A stretch of DNA of 60,569 nucleotides from contig NC_069002.1 of NCBI RefSeq assembly GCF_001194135.2, positions 14,363,991 to 14,424,559 on the forward strand, given 5' to 3'. The notes under the pieces are model-generated. The model ran no database searches and was not told the origin of the DNA. It worked only from the letters and a program-made list of their open reading frames with translations. The stretch comes from Octopus bimaculoides. Its lineage: Eukaryota. The position numbers and the translations under genes were made by a program. Numbering within the stretch: position 1 is the stretch's first letter; every line of letters starts with the position of its first letter. Shown piece after piece: positions 12,005 to 25,099 of the stretch.

Positions 12005-12420
12005 ATGAGAATAGAAAGTGCCAGATAATTGACTTATAGTCCCAAATGATGGCAAAATCAATATGAGAGGTATAGAATAAATAGCAAAGTACCAGGACCT
12101 AGCTATCGAATTACGGAGACTATGAAAAGTGCAGGTAAAATGTATCGCAGTAGTTATACGTGCATTTGGAAGTAACCGTAAAAACTTGGATAGATGAATA
12201 GTGGAAATGGGCATAGAACCCAGTTTAGTATAGCTTCAGGTAACAGTGTATTTAGGGACAGCTAGGATGCTTAGGAGGGTTCTTGGAAACTAAGGTTAAT
12301 TGTTGCCCGATAGGGGGGTTCTTGGCATCTAAGGTTACTTGTAGCTTGATGTTAGGAATTGTTTCTTTTCCAACAGTCTAATCTGTTGAATGTATATGAA
12401 AATAATAATGATAATAATAA
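11859..12420 (+). mobile_element. Second, distinct R4/Dong-clade LINE 3' fragment, 5'-truncated, between two (AAT)n tracts
   Basis: DFNIPTDKVIGARRPDLV-(TAG)n-VDENRKCQIID...AKYQDLAIELRRL*KVQVKCIAVVI...LGTARMLRRVLGN*. Flanked by (AAT)n at 11825-11858 and 12401-12421. Confidence 0.85.
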
Positions 12421-14312
12421 TAGAGATGAAGCAGACGAAGGAAAGAAGTAGTCGTTAGATGAAGAGAAAAGGGAAAATGTCCTTAAATTTTAGAAAATAC
12501 CGTTAGAGACAGGCAATAAATCTTAATCAAAACTGTGTGTAATGAAAGTATTTAAACATGTCTCCGTCTTTGTTATGAATGTCATTAAGCGAAACTATGA
12601 GTGATGCCTCACGCAGAGAAGTATATCGTCGCTATTGTACGACAGATGGTGGATTTAGATTTACCAGGCAGGACATCGCTATTGTGAAAGACAATCTACA
12701 GAGCGTCTACGTGATCGCTCGATTTACTAATAATAATAGTCAAAATATATCTCAAATCACACAGTGTGGTCTTTTAAACTAAGAGGAGGGCGTAATGACA
12801 TACAGGAAATTAGAGTCTGAGAGGAATTCGGTGTTAAAAGATGAGGTTTTTAAACGACATAATATTTTGGGCCATAGGTCAGCTGCATCGGTGTCGATAA
12901 GTGGATGTCGTCGTCGTCGTCATCATCATCCTCATCATCATCGTCGCCGTCTTCGTTGCCGTCGGCATCATCATCATCATCATCATCATCATCGTCATCA
13001 TCAACAAGAACAACAATAACAACAAGCAACAGCAACACTATAAAGAAAAAGATGAAGAAGGAAAAGTAGGAGAAGAAGAAGCAGAAGAAGAAGAAAAAGA
13101 AGAAGAGCAGCAGAAACAACAACAGCAACAACAACAACAACAACAACAATTTCAACAGCATCTACAACATCAACAACAACGACAACAGTTCCTCTGGTGA
13201 AGAAAAGCATTTCACTGAAATCTTCTCACTTCATGAAAATCCTGATCCTCGTTATGAAACAGAATGTGTCCTAATAATTACAAATAATGAAAAAGCAACA
13301 TCGAAAAGAACTATAAATATCACTTTGTAACATCAAAAGACTATTTTTTATATGGTAATTATTAGGGAATGGCTGTTTGGTAGTTAAAAGTAAGAGTAAT
13401 TACAGAGAGGAAATAGACCAACGTCTACAACATTGGAAACAAAACGTTCAGAGATGTTTGTCTTTGACTTGAAATTCTGAACAACTTTAAGAGAAATTTT
13501 GCATCGATTAGAATCACGTGAGATGTAGGTTTGATCTTTTGTCATTAAACGTTTGCCTCACTGAAACGCTGTTGATTGAGCCATTACTTAGTTCACGATC
13601 TTGCTAGATACAATAGCCGAATCTCTCTGAAATCAAATCGTGTCATCGTCCGTGGAAAATACGTAGTGAAGGACGTATTGGCGATAGTGTAGTCTGAAAT
13701 TAAATATGAGGAAAAGATAAAATGGACACAGTTTGAATGTTTGATTATAAGACTACTGGATCGGGGCTGTTCTAGAACTAAACAACGACAACAACAACAA
13801 TAGCAAAAATGGTAACAGCAATCATAATAGAAATTTCTCTGTTGAAATAAGAATTTCCGAGAATGTCTCTGACTCAATAAAACCAAGAATGTTATAATTT
13901 CATCTTCTAAATATCTTCTAAAGCCTATAGTAACAGTTCTATGATATCGGATGGTACTGTTCCGTTTTTAGTAAAATGAAAATAATGACATCGTGGCTTG
14001 CGTACTTAAACGGAAAGCCAATTTGCAGACAAAAGGCAAACACCAGTGAAATACAAACCGTCTTATGGAAATTTTTTCAAACAATAAAGAAAGAATGAGA
14101 AGAATTTCGAAGTAATGGATTGTGGAGCAGAAAGTGCTTTCAATATAAGATTTTTGTCCAAGGACTTAATTTTAATAATGGAGGAAATTCCGTCAGCCGA
14201 AATGATGCAAACATTACTAATATCAAAATATCAAACGTCTCCATACACTCGCATACGTATGTATGCGCATACATACATACATACATACATACATACATAC
14301 ATACATACATAC

Positions 14313-14343
<31 letters not shown>

Positions 14344-14658
14344 CATACATACTTACATACATACATACATACATACATAATACGTACTTGCACACACAGA
14401 CACACACACACATATATACGCATACATAGATATGTTCATATGTGATTATACACTCGAGTCAGGAGAAAGAGATTCAGAATACATAACGCATAAATTTTAT
14501 AACATACTCTGGGCTCTCCTACTCATACATTCACCATGTAGACGTTTCAATACGCCATGTATATGTATGAAAAACGAGAGGCGGAGATCGTATTACACAT
14601 AAATTGCCATAATTACATTCACATACACCCATGTGTATGTATGTATGTATGTATGTAC

Positions 14659-14726
<68 letters not shown>

Positions 14727-17626
14727 GTGTGGGAGAAGGGGATAGGCATCATATTACTCCTAAACTGTCACAATTCTTTACTTATATCCTCTTCATTAAT
14801 GTTTAACGATGACACTGAGATGTTTGCGCTGCGAAAAAATAATCTAATATTCAACATTTTAAACTCATAAACTATAACGAGAACAACAACCACAACAACC
14901 ACAACAACAACAACAACATTTGGTAAGTCTGGTCACTGTCAACTGTAACAGTAAAAACAGCAACTAAAGAATTAAAGAATTGTTATCTCTTACCAGGCTC
15001 CATGGTGTCCATTTCAAATACAGACACGTGCCATAACTTTGTAGATATATTTTCTTGTTTGAAATTCCCTTATGGAATGGTAACTGTGTTTCTTAAAGAT
15101 CGATAATGGACCAGAGTTCTACTGTTTCCATTTTAAACCCAGAGACCGGAAGTCTTATTCACCTTTGCTTTCATGGCTTACATAGTACTGTATACTATAA
15201 ACACCAAAAAACGCTTCGTCGGATATGATCTGATCATTGACAAATTTCTAGAGCTATTTACCATTAGGATTTCCCGACCAAGTCAAGATACCAGCCGATC
15301 CATTCCGACAAAAACGTTACAGACAGCAAACATGATGAATACCATGAGGAATCAAGGAGGTTCATTCTAAAAAATAGCAGCCAAATCCCAACTAGATCGA
15401 ATCCTGTTGAATCCTTCTTAAACGAAGAATTCGCAAGAGAATGTAGTCACTTATATACAAAAAAAAAGATTAATTAACCATAGCTTGAAAGCCTTTGATC
15501 AAAGCTCCCCTCAACCAGGAATGAATTGAGGTTTAAAAGAAGAAAACTAATGAATACCATTGAATCTATTGAGAGAGTTTCTGTCCTGTTTGATGTGGAG
15601 GAGAAACGTTTTAAAATTCATCCAATCTAAGGGATGGTCATGCTTGGAATACATTTGATCAAATGCCTGAAAGAGCTTGGATGATCTGAGTCTATGCAAA
15701 AATAATAAATACAAACAATGCACAACATTAAAAGAGGAACATCAGAAGAGTTTTTGAGTTGTTGTTTGCCATCCCCTCCCACTTGGCAATGAAATATTTT
15801 ATTGTCTATCTCACAGTTTTTTTTTTTTTTTAATGGCCATCAAATGAGCCAAGAAGAGGGTTTATATACAATTACTAGACCTAAGTTTGTTGCTCTTAAA
15901 TCTCTCACAACAAACTTTCGAAATATAAAGTGAAAATAACTTAGCATTAGTCACTCAAGAAATTTGAGGACTAGTTTTTAATGGAACGTTCATGGACTAC
16001 AAGTTGCTACTCAAAATATCTCGATACAAACAAGTGGCCGTTTTTGAAACAATACTGGCGAGAATCAGTGGAGAAAAGCATTTGAATACTTGTTGTATTT
16101 GAGGAAGGTGAGATTGAGGGGAAATCTTAAAACAACAGTTACAACAACAACAAAAGGTAAAACTTAACAAATACCAACCATCCTTCACAAACATTGAATT
16201 AACATAAAAATTTATTTTTCAAACTGTCTTATATTTTGAAAATATAGAAATTTCATAGAAATTTCACAGACGTTGCTTAGTTAAGAATCTTGTAAATGTC
16301 TTCAGAAACATTGAAAGTATTTTAAACTACAAAATGCTCTTCCTTGCCAAGTGTTTCAAAATATTAATCCGTTTTTAACCTTTAATCTGTAGTGAAGTTT
16401 AATCTGCTCCACGCCTCTTATAAGATGCTCTCATAATTTAGTGAAATCCAGTTTTCTCTCTTGGCAAATAGTGCAAAGCTTCTTTCAAATGTTGTCTTTT
16501 TAATGGTATTTTATCTCGAAAGAGACCAATTTCAAGGCTACTTAACTTCGATTATTTAACAAGAACATGTCTCTAGCTGTATTTTTAAAGATATTCCCAT
16601 AAATTATTTTAAGAAAAATAATTAAAAAAACAATCAAAACATTATATGAAAATTTTATTAGGAATTAAAACGATTTCTTTTCATTTCATGGGAAAAATGA
16701 ATGCAAAAACAACAACAATAACAATACTAGATAATGAATTAAAAAATTGGTAATTTCTATCTGATGAAATTTAAAATTGTTCAAATTGTTTGTGTATAAA
16801 GATATTAATACAAAGTATAAACTGTAAGAGAAAACGGAAACAAGGGAATGGAAATTCAGAATCCCAAAACGGTAAAGTCTGCTCCATTGGGACATAATGT
16901 TATTTCTTGTCTATTTGTTGTAACGCATCTTTGTCCACATTCAAGAATTACTTTTCCTTATTTCTGTCAAGTCTTTCCATTATTTGTAAAATTATCCAAA
17001 CTCTTTTGGAAATCTGGAATTGTTGTTTTGTGAATCTAGAACATAATTTGAAAGAATGAAAAAAAAAAAGAAAAGTGTGATTACACAATTAGCAGAAAAT
17101 TTGTGACATGAGTCGTGGTGAAAAAGCATTGCTTGTTTCTCACCACATTCAACAGAAAACTGCTCGTTACGATACAATCAACACAACGTCCATGTTTACA
17201 TTAAATATATAAAATCGTCTAATTAAACAATTCTACCTTAATTAATAATGAACAATGAGAAAAGAATGGTTTGAATAAAACTAATTAAAACATATTTGAC
17301 TCAATATTGTTATCATTTATACATCTAAGAAAATCAAAAGTATTCTTATTATTTTCAGTATATATTTTTTTACCAGTTTCGATAATAATAATAATAAATT
17401 TCATAATAATAGTGATGCCAATAATAATTACTAGCAATTTTGAGAATAAGAGTTAATCGATAACATTGAGCCCAGTACTTAGGGGGTACATCATTTTATT
17501 GACGCCGAAGGGATGAAAGAAAAACTATTCTCATTGAGAGATTTGAGTGGGCAGCAAACATAACGGGATGAAATACCACAAGGCATTTCGTTCGACACTT
17601 ACTATTCAGCCAATCTAGGTACACAT

Positions 17627-17672
17627 GGTACTTTATTTTATCGATATTTCTTAGCAGATAAAATAAAGTACC
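17627..17672. repeat. Perfect 16-bp inverted repeat with 14-nt loop
   Basis: ggtactttattttatc (17627-17642) and gataaaataaagtacc (17657-17672) are exact reverse complements. The arms resemble the SINE family A core. Confidence 0.9.
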
Positions 17673-18873
17673 AACGAAGAGCTTCTATGATTTGTATCGA
17701 TTAACGTTTCCCCCTCAAAGTTACGGGATAGTGTCTAGCTAAGCGGAATCGTTAGTGTCGGAAGACATGTCTAACAATATTTGTTTCGTCTCTTGAAGTA
17801 GTGAGTTCAAATCCTGCCAAGGTCGACCTTCAAGTTCGGTAAAATGAAGCATCAATCATGTACTGCGGGCAATGCTATTGATGTACCACTTCACCTCAAA
17901 ATTGCTAGCTGAAACCTATATCAAGGCTGCTGGGTTGGAAAATTGTCGGAACGTTGAAATAATTGGTTTGCGGTATTTGTTCTGGTCCTTTAGATTCTTA
18001 GTCCAAATCGCGCTGAGGTTAACTTTAGATCTGGAGACAAGCATGACTTCCTGAACCCGGTTGGTAAGTCGGTCATCGTGAACATATGTAGCAGTGAGGA
18101 CAATGCCTTCAAGCTAGGGTCACCTGTGCTTCGGCAAGATCAAGCTAACTGGATATCTACAGGGGCATCGTATTAGTTGTACATTTCGAATATCTCACAG
18201 TTTTAGTTCAGTGAAATGCTACTATTGAACTTAGTCATATGAAAATTAGTGATACTCATAGTTTGCTTGATAACCTGTAAGTTTAATGTGTGTGGGTGTA
18301 TGTGTGTGTGTATGTGTGTGTGTGTATGTGTGTGTGTGCGTATGTGTGTGTGTGTGCGTGTATGTGTGTGTCTGTGTAGGAGTGTAGAAGACTTGACAAT
18401 GTTGACACGTCGGCAAATAAAGTCGAGATGCATACCCGTTTATTCTGGGTAGAGATGAAAACGAAGAGAGGGTGAGAGAGATAGATGGAGAGAGAGAGAG
18501 GAGGGAGAGTGAAAGAGAGTAAGTGTGTGAATCTTATATTTAACCGTATGGTTTACGTAGGGAACCGGATAAATATATGTTTATCGTATGCGTGTAACTA
18601 TTCATAATTTATAAGTTTACACGCTATTTCTATTTAAATTTACATACATACGTATATGCACAACCTACATACACTCATACATGCATAAATACATATATAT
18701 ATATACATAGATACATACATATATATATGTGTGTGTGTGTGTGTTCATGTGTACGCGTGTACGTGTGCTCTTGTATATACTAGTACAATATACACTCTGT
18801 CTGGAATTATAACCTAATGTTTAATAAATGAAAGTACATTTCAGAGACAGAAAGACATTACAACATCAAAAGG

Positions 18874-18914
<41 letters not shown>

Positions 18915-19531
18915 GTGTGTGTGTGTGAAGTCATGCAAGAACAAAGATTATGAATTAGAATATTGCCACACACACACACATACATACACGCACACAAACA
19001 CACATGTATATATATGGTCTATAATATATCAACTAAAGACAAAATGTTAACTACTTCGCCATCCTCTTCGGTTGACAAGGACATTTGAACATCTTACTAC
19101 AAAGATTTCAAATATCGTTGTCGAAGAATTACTTATTCATCGAACAATTCTCTTTATCCATGTCAACAAATGTATCGGGTTTTTATTTTCTTTCTTGATG
19201 TTTATTTCGTGATTTTATGGCAAAGTTTATATTTCCCTCAAAAAGGTCAGAATAAGGTCAAAACAAGTATGACATTGTCTGCTGTTCTTCGCGCAAGAGT
19301 TGAAACAATATAAGTCATTATTCTTTAATACTCTATTTTCTCCGCCCGCTATTTTCTTCCTCCTTTGTTATGTAATGATCTCCGCTATAAAATATATTAC
19401 CAGCATTTAGTTATTGCTGTTATTGTTAAGCGGTTGTTTAGCACATGGTTAGCTTGGATTTAACCAGCATATGTTCAAATTCATGTTTACAAGGGTACCA
19501 GCGGGTACCCCTGCATACATACATACATACA

Positions 19532-19894
19532 TTCAGAGATTTAACGTTGCTTGTTTTCACTTTTTTGAGATCAGTGAATAATTTCACTGGAAAAAGTTAT
19601 ATATATATGCAAAGGGAAATCTTTCGCATCGAAGGTCGGCGATTCTCGTACGCTGAGGACGGGAAAATACCCAGAGACTCGAGTCCGTACGTATCGCAGA
19701 TCAAGATGAGAAGGATGGCTTCCCTTTGCAAATAGACAGGACACAGATGTGTGTCGATAGCCAGCTGGAGGAGATGTTCTCCTGGGGCTAAAAGCAACAG
19801 TAACATCCACCCTTAGGGGTCAGCCACATTTAAGTGGCAAATATACTTCACCTTGTCATGCAGTTACTGTTAATACCTCGTTCAGAGATTTAAC
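19532..19894 (+). mobile_element. Candidate retrozyme: 349-nt highly structured monomer bounded by the 14-nt direct repeat TTCAGAGATTTAAC
   Basis: The direct repeat is at 19532-19545 and 19881-19894. The unit has at least six pairing elements and contains a hammerhead motif. It lies between (ATAC)n and (TA)n microsatellites. Confidence 0.7.
19647..19691 (+). ncRNA. Type I hammerhead ribozyme motif, A14G variant, probably inactive
   Basis: cgtacg-CTGAGGA-c-ggg-AAAATA-ccc-a-GAGA-ctcgag-TC-cgtacg. Stem I is 19647-52/19686-91, the CUGANGA core 19653-59, stem II ggg/ccc with loop AAAAUA, then GAGA in place of GAAA, a short palindromic stem III, and a GUC cleavage triplet ending at 19685. Confidence 0.8.
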
Positions 19895-19928
<34 letters not shown>

Positions 19929-20307
19929 ATATATATATNNNNNNNNNNNNNNNNNNNNNNNNNNNNNNNNNNNNNNNNNNNNNNNNNNNNNNNNNNNNNN
20001 NNNNNNNNNNNNNNNNNNNNNNNNNNNNNNNNNNNNNNNNNNNNNNNNNNNNNNNNNNNNNNNNNNNNNNNNNNNNNNNNNNNNNNNNNNNNNNNNNNNN
20101 NNNNNNNNNNNNNNNNNNNNNNNNNNNNNNNNNNNNNNNNNNNNNNNNNNNNNNNNNNNNNNNNNNNNNNNNNNNNNNNNNNNNNNNNNNNNNNNNNNNN
20201 NNNNNNNNNNNNNNNNNNNNNNNNNNNNNNNNNNNNNNNNNNNNNNNNNNNNNNNNNNNNNNNNNNNNNNNNNNNNNNNTATATATATATATACATACAT
20301 ATATACA

Positions 20308-20342
<35 letters not shown>

Positions 20343-20835
20343 GTATATGTGTGTGTGTGTGTGTGTATGTGTTTATACATACATATATACGCGCCTATAC
20401 CGGATTAGCCGCTTAGCTGCACTAACTGGTGACCAATAAATTAGGATAGTTCCGCGAAGACTAAGCCATGATGTTAATGTGTTTTTCGCTATAAAAACCT
20501 TCATACAACTCTAGAAACATTCTTGTTTAGCCTCCTGTCAATTTTTAACTCGCAGGTATTTCCTACGCTCTCCATCCATGGCGATTTTATCTTGTTATTT
20601 GTATGTAATATATTGCAATTGATAATCTTCTCTTTCTGGACACTCGAACGAGGTTTACAAGCGATTCGGATTATGTACCTTACAGGTTGATCAATAACAT
20701 TCAGGCTATTTCACAGAAGCGATTTACGTTCTGATGTATTTAGATATGGCATTTAGTTTTTCTTACTTATTCCTTTTCTGTCTGCTTTTCTATATTATGT
20801 ATACATTTGTTATTGTCGCAATATTAGATCGGGAC

Positions 20836-21219
20836 GAGGTGGCGAGCTGGTAGAAACGTTAGCACGCCGGGCCAAATGCTTAGCGGTATTTCGTCTGCCG
20901 CTACGTTCTGAGTTCAAATTCCGCCGAGGTCGACTTTGCTTTTCATCCTTTTGGGGTCGATTAAATAAATACCAGTTACGTACTGGAGTCGATATAATCG
21001 ACTTAATTCGGTTGTCTGTCCTTGTGTGTCTCCTCTGTGCGTAGCCCCTCGTGGGCAGTAAAGAAATAAGAAAGTTAGCATGTTGCGGTATTTCGTCGAC
21101 TTTCTCTTTCATCCTTTCAGTATCGATAAATTAAGTACCAGTTGCTTACTGGGTCGATCAAATCGACTGGCCCCCTCTCCCGAAATTTCGAGCCTTGTGC
21201 GTAAAGTAGAAAAGAAACG
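20836..21219 (+). mobile_element. Head-to-tail dimer of family A SINEs with a 16-bp target-site duplication
   Basis: aatattagatcgggac occurs at 20820-20835 and 21220-21235. Inside are a full unit ending taaagaaataagaaa and a second, internally deleted unit with a different 3' end. Confidence 0.9.
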
Positions 21220-21997
21220 AATATTAGATCGGGACAAACACAACATCGCAATGAATTGAACTCGTTCCTGCAATCAAAGGACAAATGTTGTAAACAAACT
21301 AAAAATTAAGATTATAAACCAAACAAAGAAATGAAGTTTTAAGAAGATTTATACATGTATCAAGTGATCAGAATTTAATGAAATTTTTAACAAACTAAAG
21401 CGAATCGATACGCCAGGAAATTATAATACTTGGAGGATATGAAAAAAAACATAACACAAGTAGTTTTAATTAAAGTTGACATAGTTTCACTTTCTTGTAA
21501 ATGGCGTAGTACACTTATTTTTAATTAACAGAGCGACATTTAATATTTTACAACTAAAGGCTAAAGGCACCTCAAACAAATACATAGACATACATGCACA
21601 TGCATACACACAAAAAACACACATACCCACGCGCACGCATACACACACATGTATAACCAAAGAGAGTAAGGACGTATGTCTGTGTGTGTCTGTGTGTGTG
21701 AATATTTGCATAGGTGTGGAAATGCTTTAGTAATTTGTGTGTAGATAATGGATTTATTAAGTTAACATGATATAATAGAAGATAATTAAGGTAAACCTCA
21801 AAAAATGTTTATTTATCAAGTTAAATTTAAATAAATGAACTCAAAACATAAAAAAAAATATCATATATCTCGCATCTCTGGTTCGTATGATTTAAAATTA
21901 TATAAATAGAATTTGAGAGATGAAGGAAGATAGATAAATAGGGAGAGAGACAGAGAGAGGGAGAGAGGAGGAGAGAGAAATAAAAAGAAGGAAATAG

Positions 21998-22054
<57 letters not shown>

Positions 22055-22410
22055 AGGTGCGATAAAAAGAAAGATGAATAGAAGATAAGAAAAAGATGCA
22101 GAGGTAGAGATTAGAATGTGTGTTTGTATGAGCGAGGGAGGTAAGGAAGAACGAAAAAGAGAAAAAGAGAGAAAAAGAGAGAAGGGGAGACAGAAAGTGA
22201 GAATAATTGATTGTGATTGGAAGAGCGACAGAGAACATCGAAACAGAGAAATATATACACGCAAATATCTTACACATATAGAGGTACGTTATTAAGGTCG
22301 AACGAATGAGAAAGGAGTGCTCAATACATGTTACAGAGGAGATGGTTTTTTTCATCAGAAGTGAAGAGGTATTTTGCTTATTGCACAGATTACTTTATCG
22401 GTGTATGTAA

Positions 22411-22631
22411 TATAGGGGGTGTTCAAAAGTTCCTGGCTTTAAAGGTATAGCGGAATGCCTGCTGGAGGGCCCAAACTTCCGAATTCCTTTACAAGGTTTA
22501 GAAAAACTGAAGAACTGCTGAAATAAGTGAGTGAATCTGAGAGAAGAATATATTGAGCAAAACAATAATTAACTGATCGTTCTGGATTTTCTTTTACTCA
22601 AAGCCAGGAATATTTCTGCACCCCCATCGTA
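22411..22631 (+). mobile_element. Mariner-derived MITE
   Basis: Imperfect TIRs gggggtgttcaaaagttcctggcttt / aaagccaggaatatttctgcaccccc with TA at the ends. The internal QGLEKLKNC*NK*VNLREEYIEQ resembles the mariner transposase C-terminus. Confidence 0.75.
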
Positions 22632-22863
22632 CGTTTTTGTGAGTGCGCGTGTTTGGTGATTTGTAGTGAAGTGTATATATAATTGTGCGTATATATGTGT
22701 GAATGAATATGTACGTGTAGTTGCTTGATGCGCGTGGTCAGTAAGTTTGCATTTGAGAAGATTTGGATACCAGTTACAGGTTAAAGGGCAAAGTAAAATG
22801 CTTGAGTGTTGATGCCGTTGCCGGTGCCTATGTCTGCGAACTGTATATACGTATGTATGTCTA

Positions 22864-22917
<54 letters not shown>

Positions 22918-22979
22918 GCTAGCTAGCTAGCTAGCTAGCAACTATTATTGTTATTAATATCTTCAGAGCGGGAGTGAGT

Positions 22980-23070
<91 letters not shown>

Positions 23071-24453
23071 AGAGAAAGTGACAAACACTACCAGCAACGT
23101 CTCTGACTGAAGAGCCTCTACATAAAATTATTCTCTTCTCGAAAACCGCTCTATTACAGCGAGAGGTGACAGTTCTCCATCTTAAAGTTCTTCTCTCAAC
23201 AACTATAAGGTCTCTAGAAACATTCCGTGCCTTGCACCCTCCAATCTTATTGCAGTTATGGTCGGGAACGGGATCCTATATGCCTTAAATATCTTGGCTT
23301 GCAAGGAGGACATGTGTTGCTCTATTTGACCGCAACCAATTTATTCTCGAACGAATGAGAAAGAAAGATAGAAGAGAGAGAGGATGAGAGAGAGAGAAAG
23401 AGTGTGAGAAAGAAAAAAATGAGAGAGAGATAGTACACTTGGCTCCGTTACTTCTCAAGCCCAAGGGGATAAAAGGCAAAGTTGACTTGGACTGAGATTG
23501 AACTTCCTATAGTAGACACCAGAAAGAATCACCAGAAGGCATCCTAGTTGACTCTATCAATTTGTAGTTGGAGTTATACAAAGCAGTGGAATGTCCATGG
23601 GCGAAGTGAGTTTGGAAATAAACCTCACTTGGACACAAACAACAACAACAGCAACAACGATCTGTGACAGTTGTAGAGTTTGGTGAAATTACTGCTAAAT
23701 CTTGTTAAATGTCTCATCACATTACATTTGGCGAGACTTTGACAATCCATTAAGAGAGCTTCGACAATGGTCGATTGAGATACTGAAAGTAGATGTCAGA
23801 TTTTCATGAATCCCCACCTTCTCGACTTACTTACCTATAGGTGATGAGATGGAAGTTTAACTACATGATCGATCTGTTTGGGAATAATCAATGTTTGAAA
23901 ACGCGTAAATGGTTACTATTTTGAATACCTTTGAACACAGGGCTGTTTCTGACCAGATGCTCAAAAACAACTTCATTGTTATCGTCGTCATCATCATCAT
24001 CATCATCATTAGCAGCAGCAGCAAGAACAACAACTGTAACGGCACCACCACCACCACCACCGCCACCATCAACAATAACAACAACAACAACTGATTGTGG
24101 ATATTATGATTAAAAATCAATAGTAGAAACACGCTCGAGGTTTTATAACAATGCAAAATAAACTAACAAATAAAGAAATAATGATACATATAAAAATATA
24201 AAAATTGTTCAAAATAAACAACAACAACAACAACAACAATAACCGTCGACTATGAGAAAACACAATTTGAAGATTTTTTTTAGGATTTGATTATTATTGT
24301 TCTATATATAGATTACCAAATGAAACGTGAAACACTTAACGACAGATATTTTTACTAAAATATGTCAGTCATGAATTTAATACAACTTTTTTCAGATATA
24401 GACGAGATACGTATATGGCTAAACATACCTAAAGGCATCGAGATCGATGTACA

Positions 24454-24487
<34 letters not shown>

Positions 24488-25044
24488 CATACATACATAC
24501 ACATACATGCATATAGACATACTTGCATGTATGCTTACTTATATACATACATACAATTATATATATGTTTGTGTGTGTGTGTGTGTGTGTGTGTGCGTAA
24601 GGTGCGTATATGCAAATACAGATATATATATGTATATATTTGTATATACNNNNNNNNNNNNNNNNNNNNNNNNNNNNNNNNNNNNNNNNNNNNNNNNNNN
24701 NNNNNNNNNNNNNNNNNNNNNNNNNNNNNNNNNNNNNNNNNNNNNNNNNNNNNNNNNNNNNNNNNNNNNNNNNNNNNNNNNNNNNNNNNNNNNNNNNNNN
24801 NNNNNNNNNNNNNNNNNNNNNNNNNNNNNNNNNNNNNNNNNNNNNNNNNNNNNNNNNNNNNNNNNNNNNNNNNNNATATATATATATATATATATATACA
24901 TATATACGGATATAGAAACACATGCATATATCTATGTACAAAAACACAGTCAACAACCTGTATATGTATATGAGTGTATGTGCGTGCATGTGCATATCTA
25001 CCTATCTTTCTATCTGTCTATCTCTCTGTCTGTCAGTCTGTCTG

Positions 25045-25099
<55 letters not shown>

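Noticed and set aside
12579-12782. 67-aa ORF MSLSETMSDASRREVYRRYC...
   Set aside because: No motif I recognise, and the length is within chance expectation.
18030-18170. GC-richer patch with a C(UUCG)G tetraloop and gtgagga
   Set aside because: Stems are short, and there is no CUGANGA or GAAA core in ribozyme order.
23101-23160. CTGAAGAG...CGAAA hammerhead-like spacing
   Set aside because: Stems I, II and III do not pair; at most a decayed relic.
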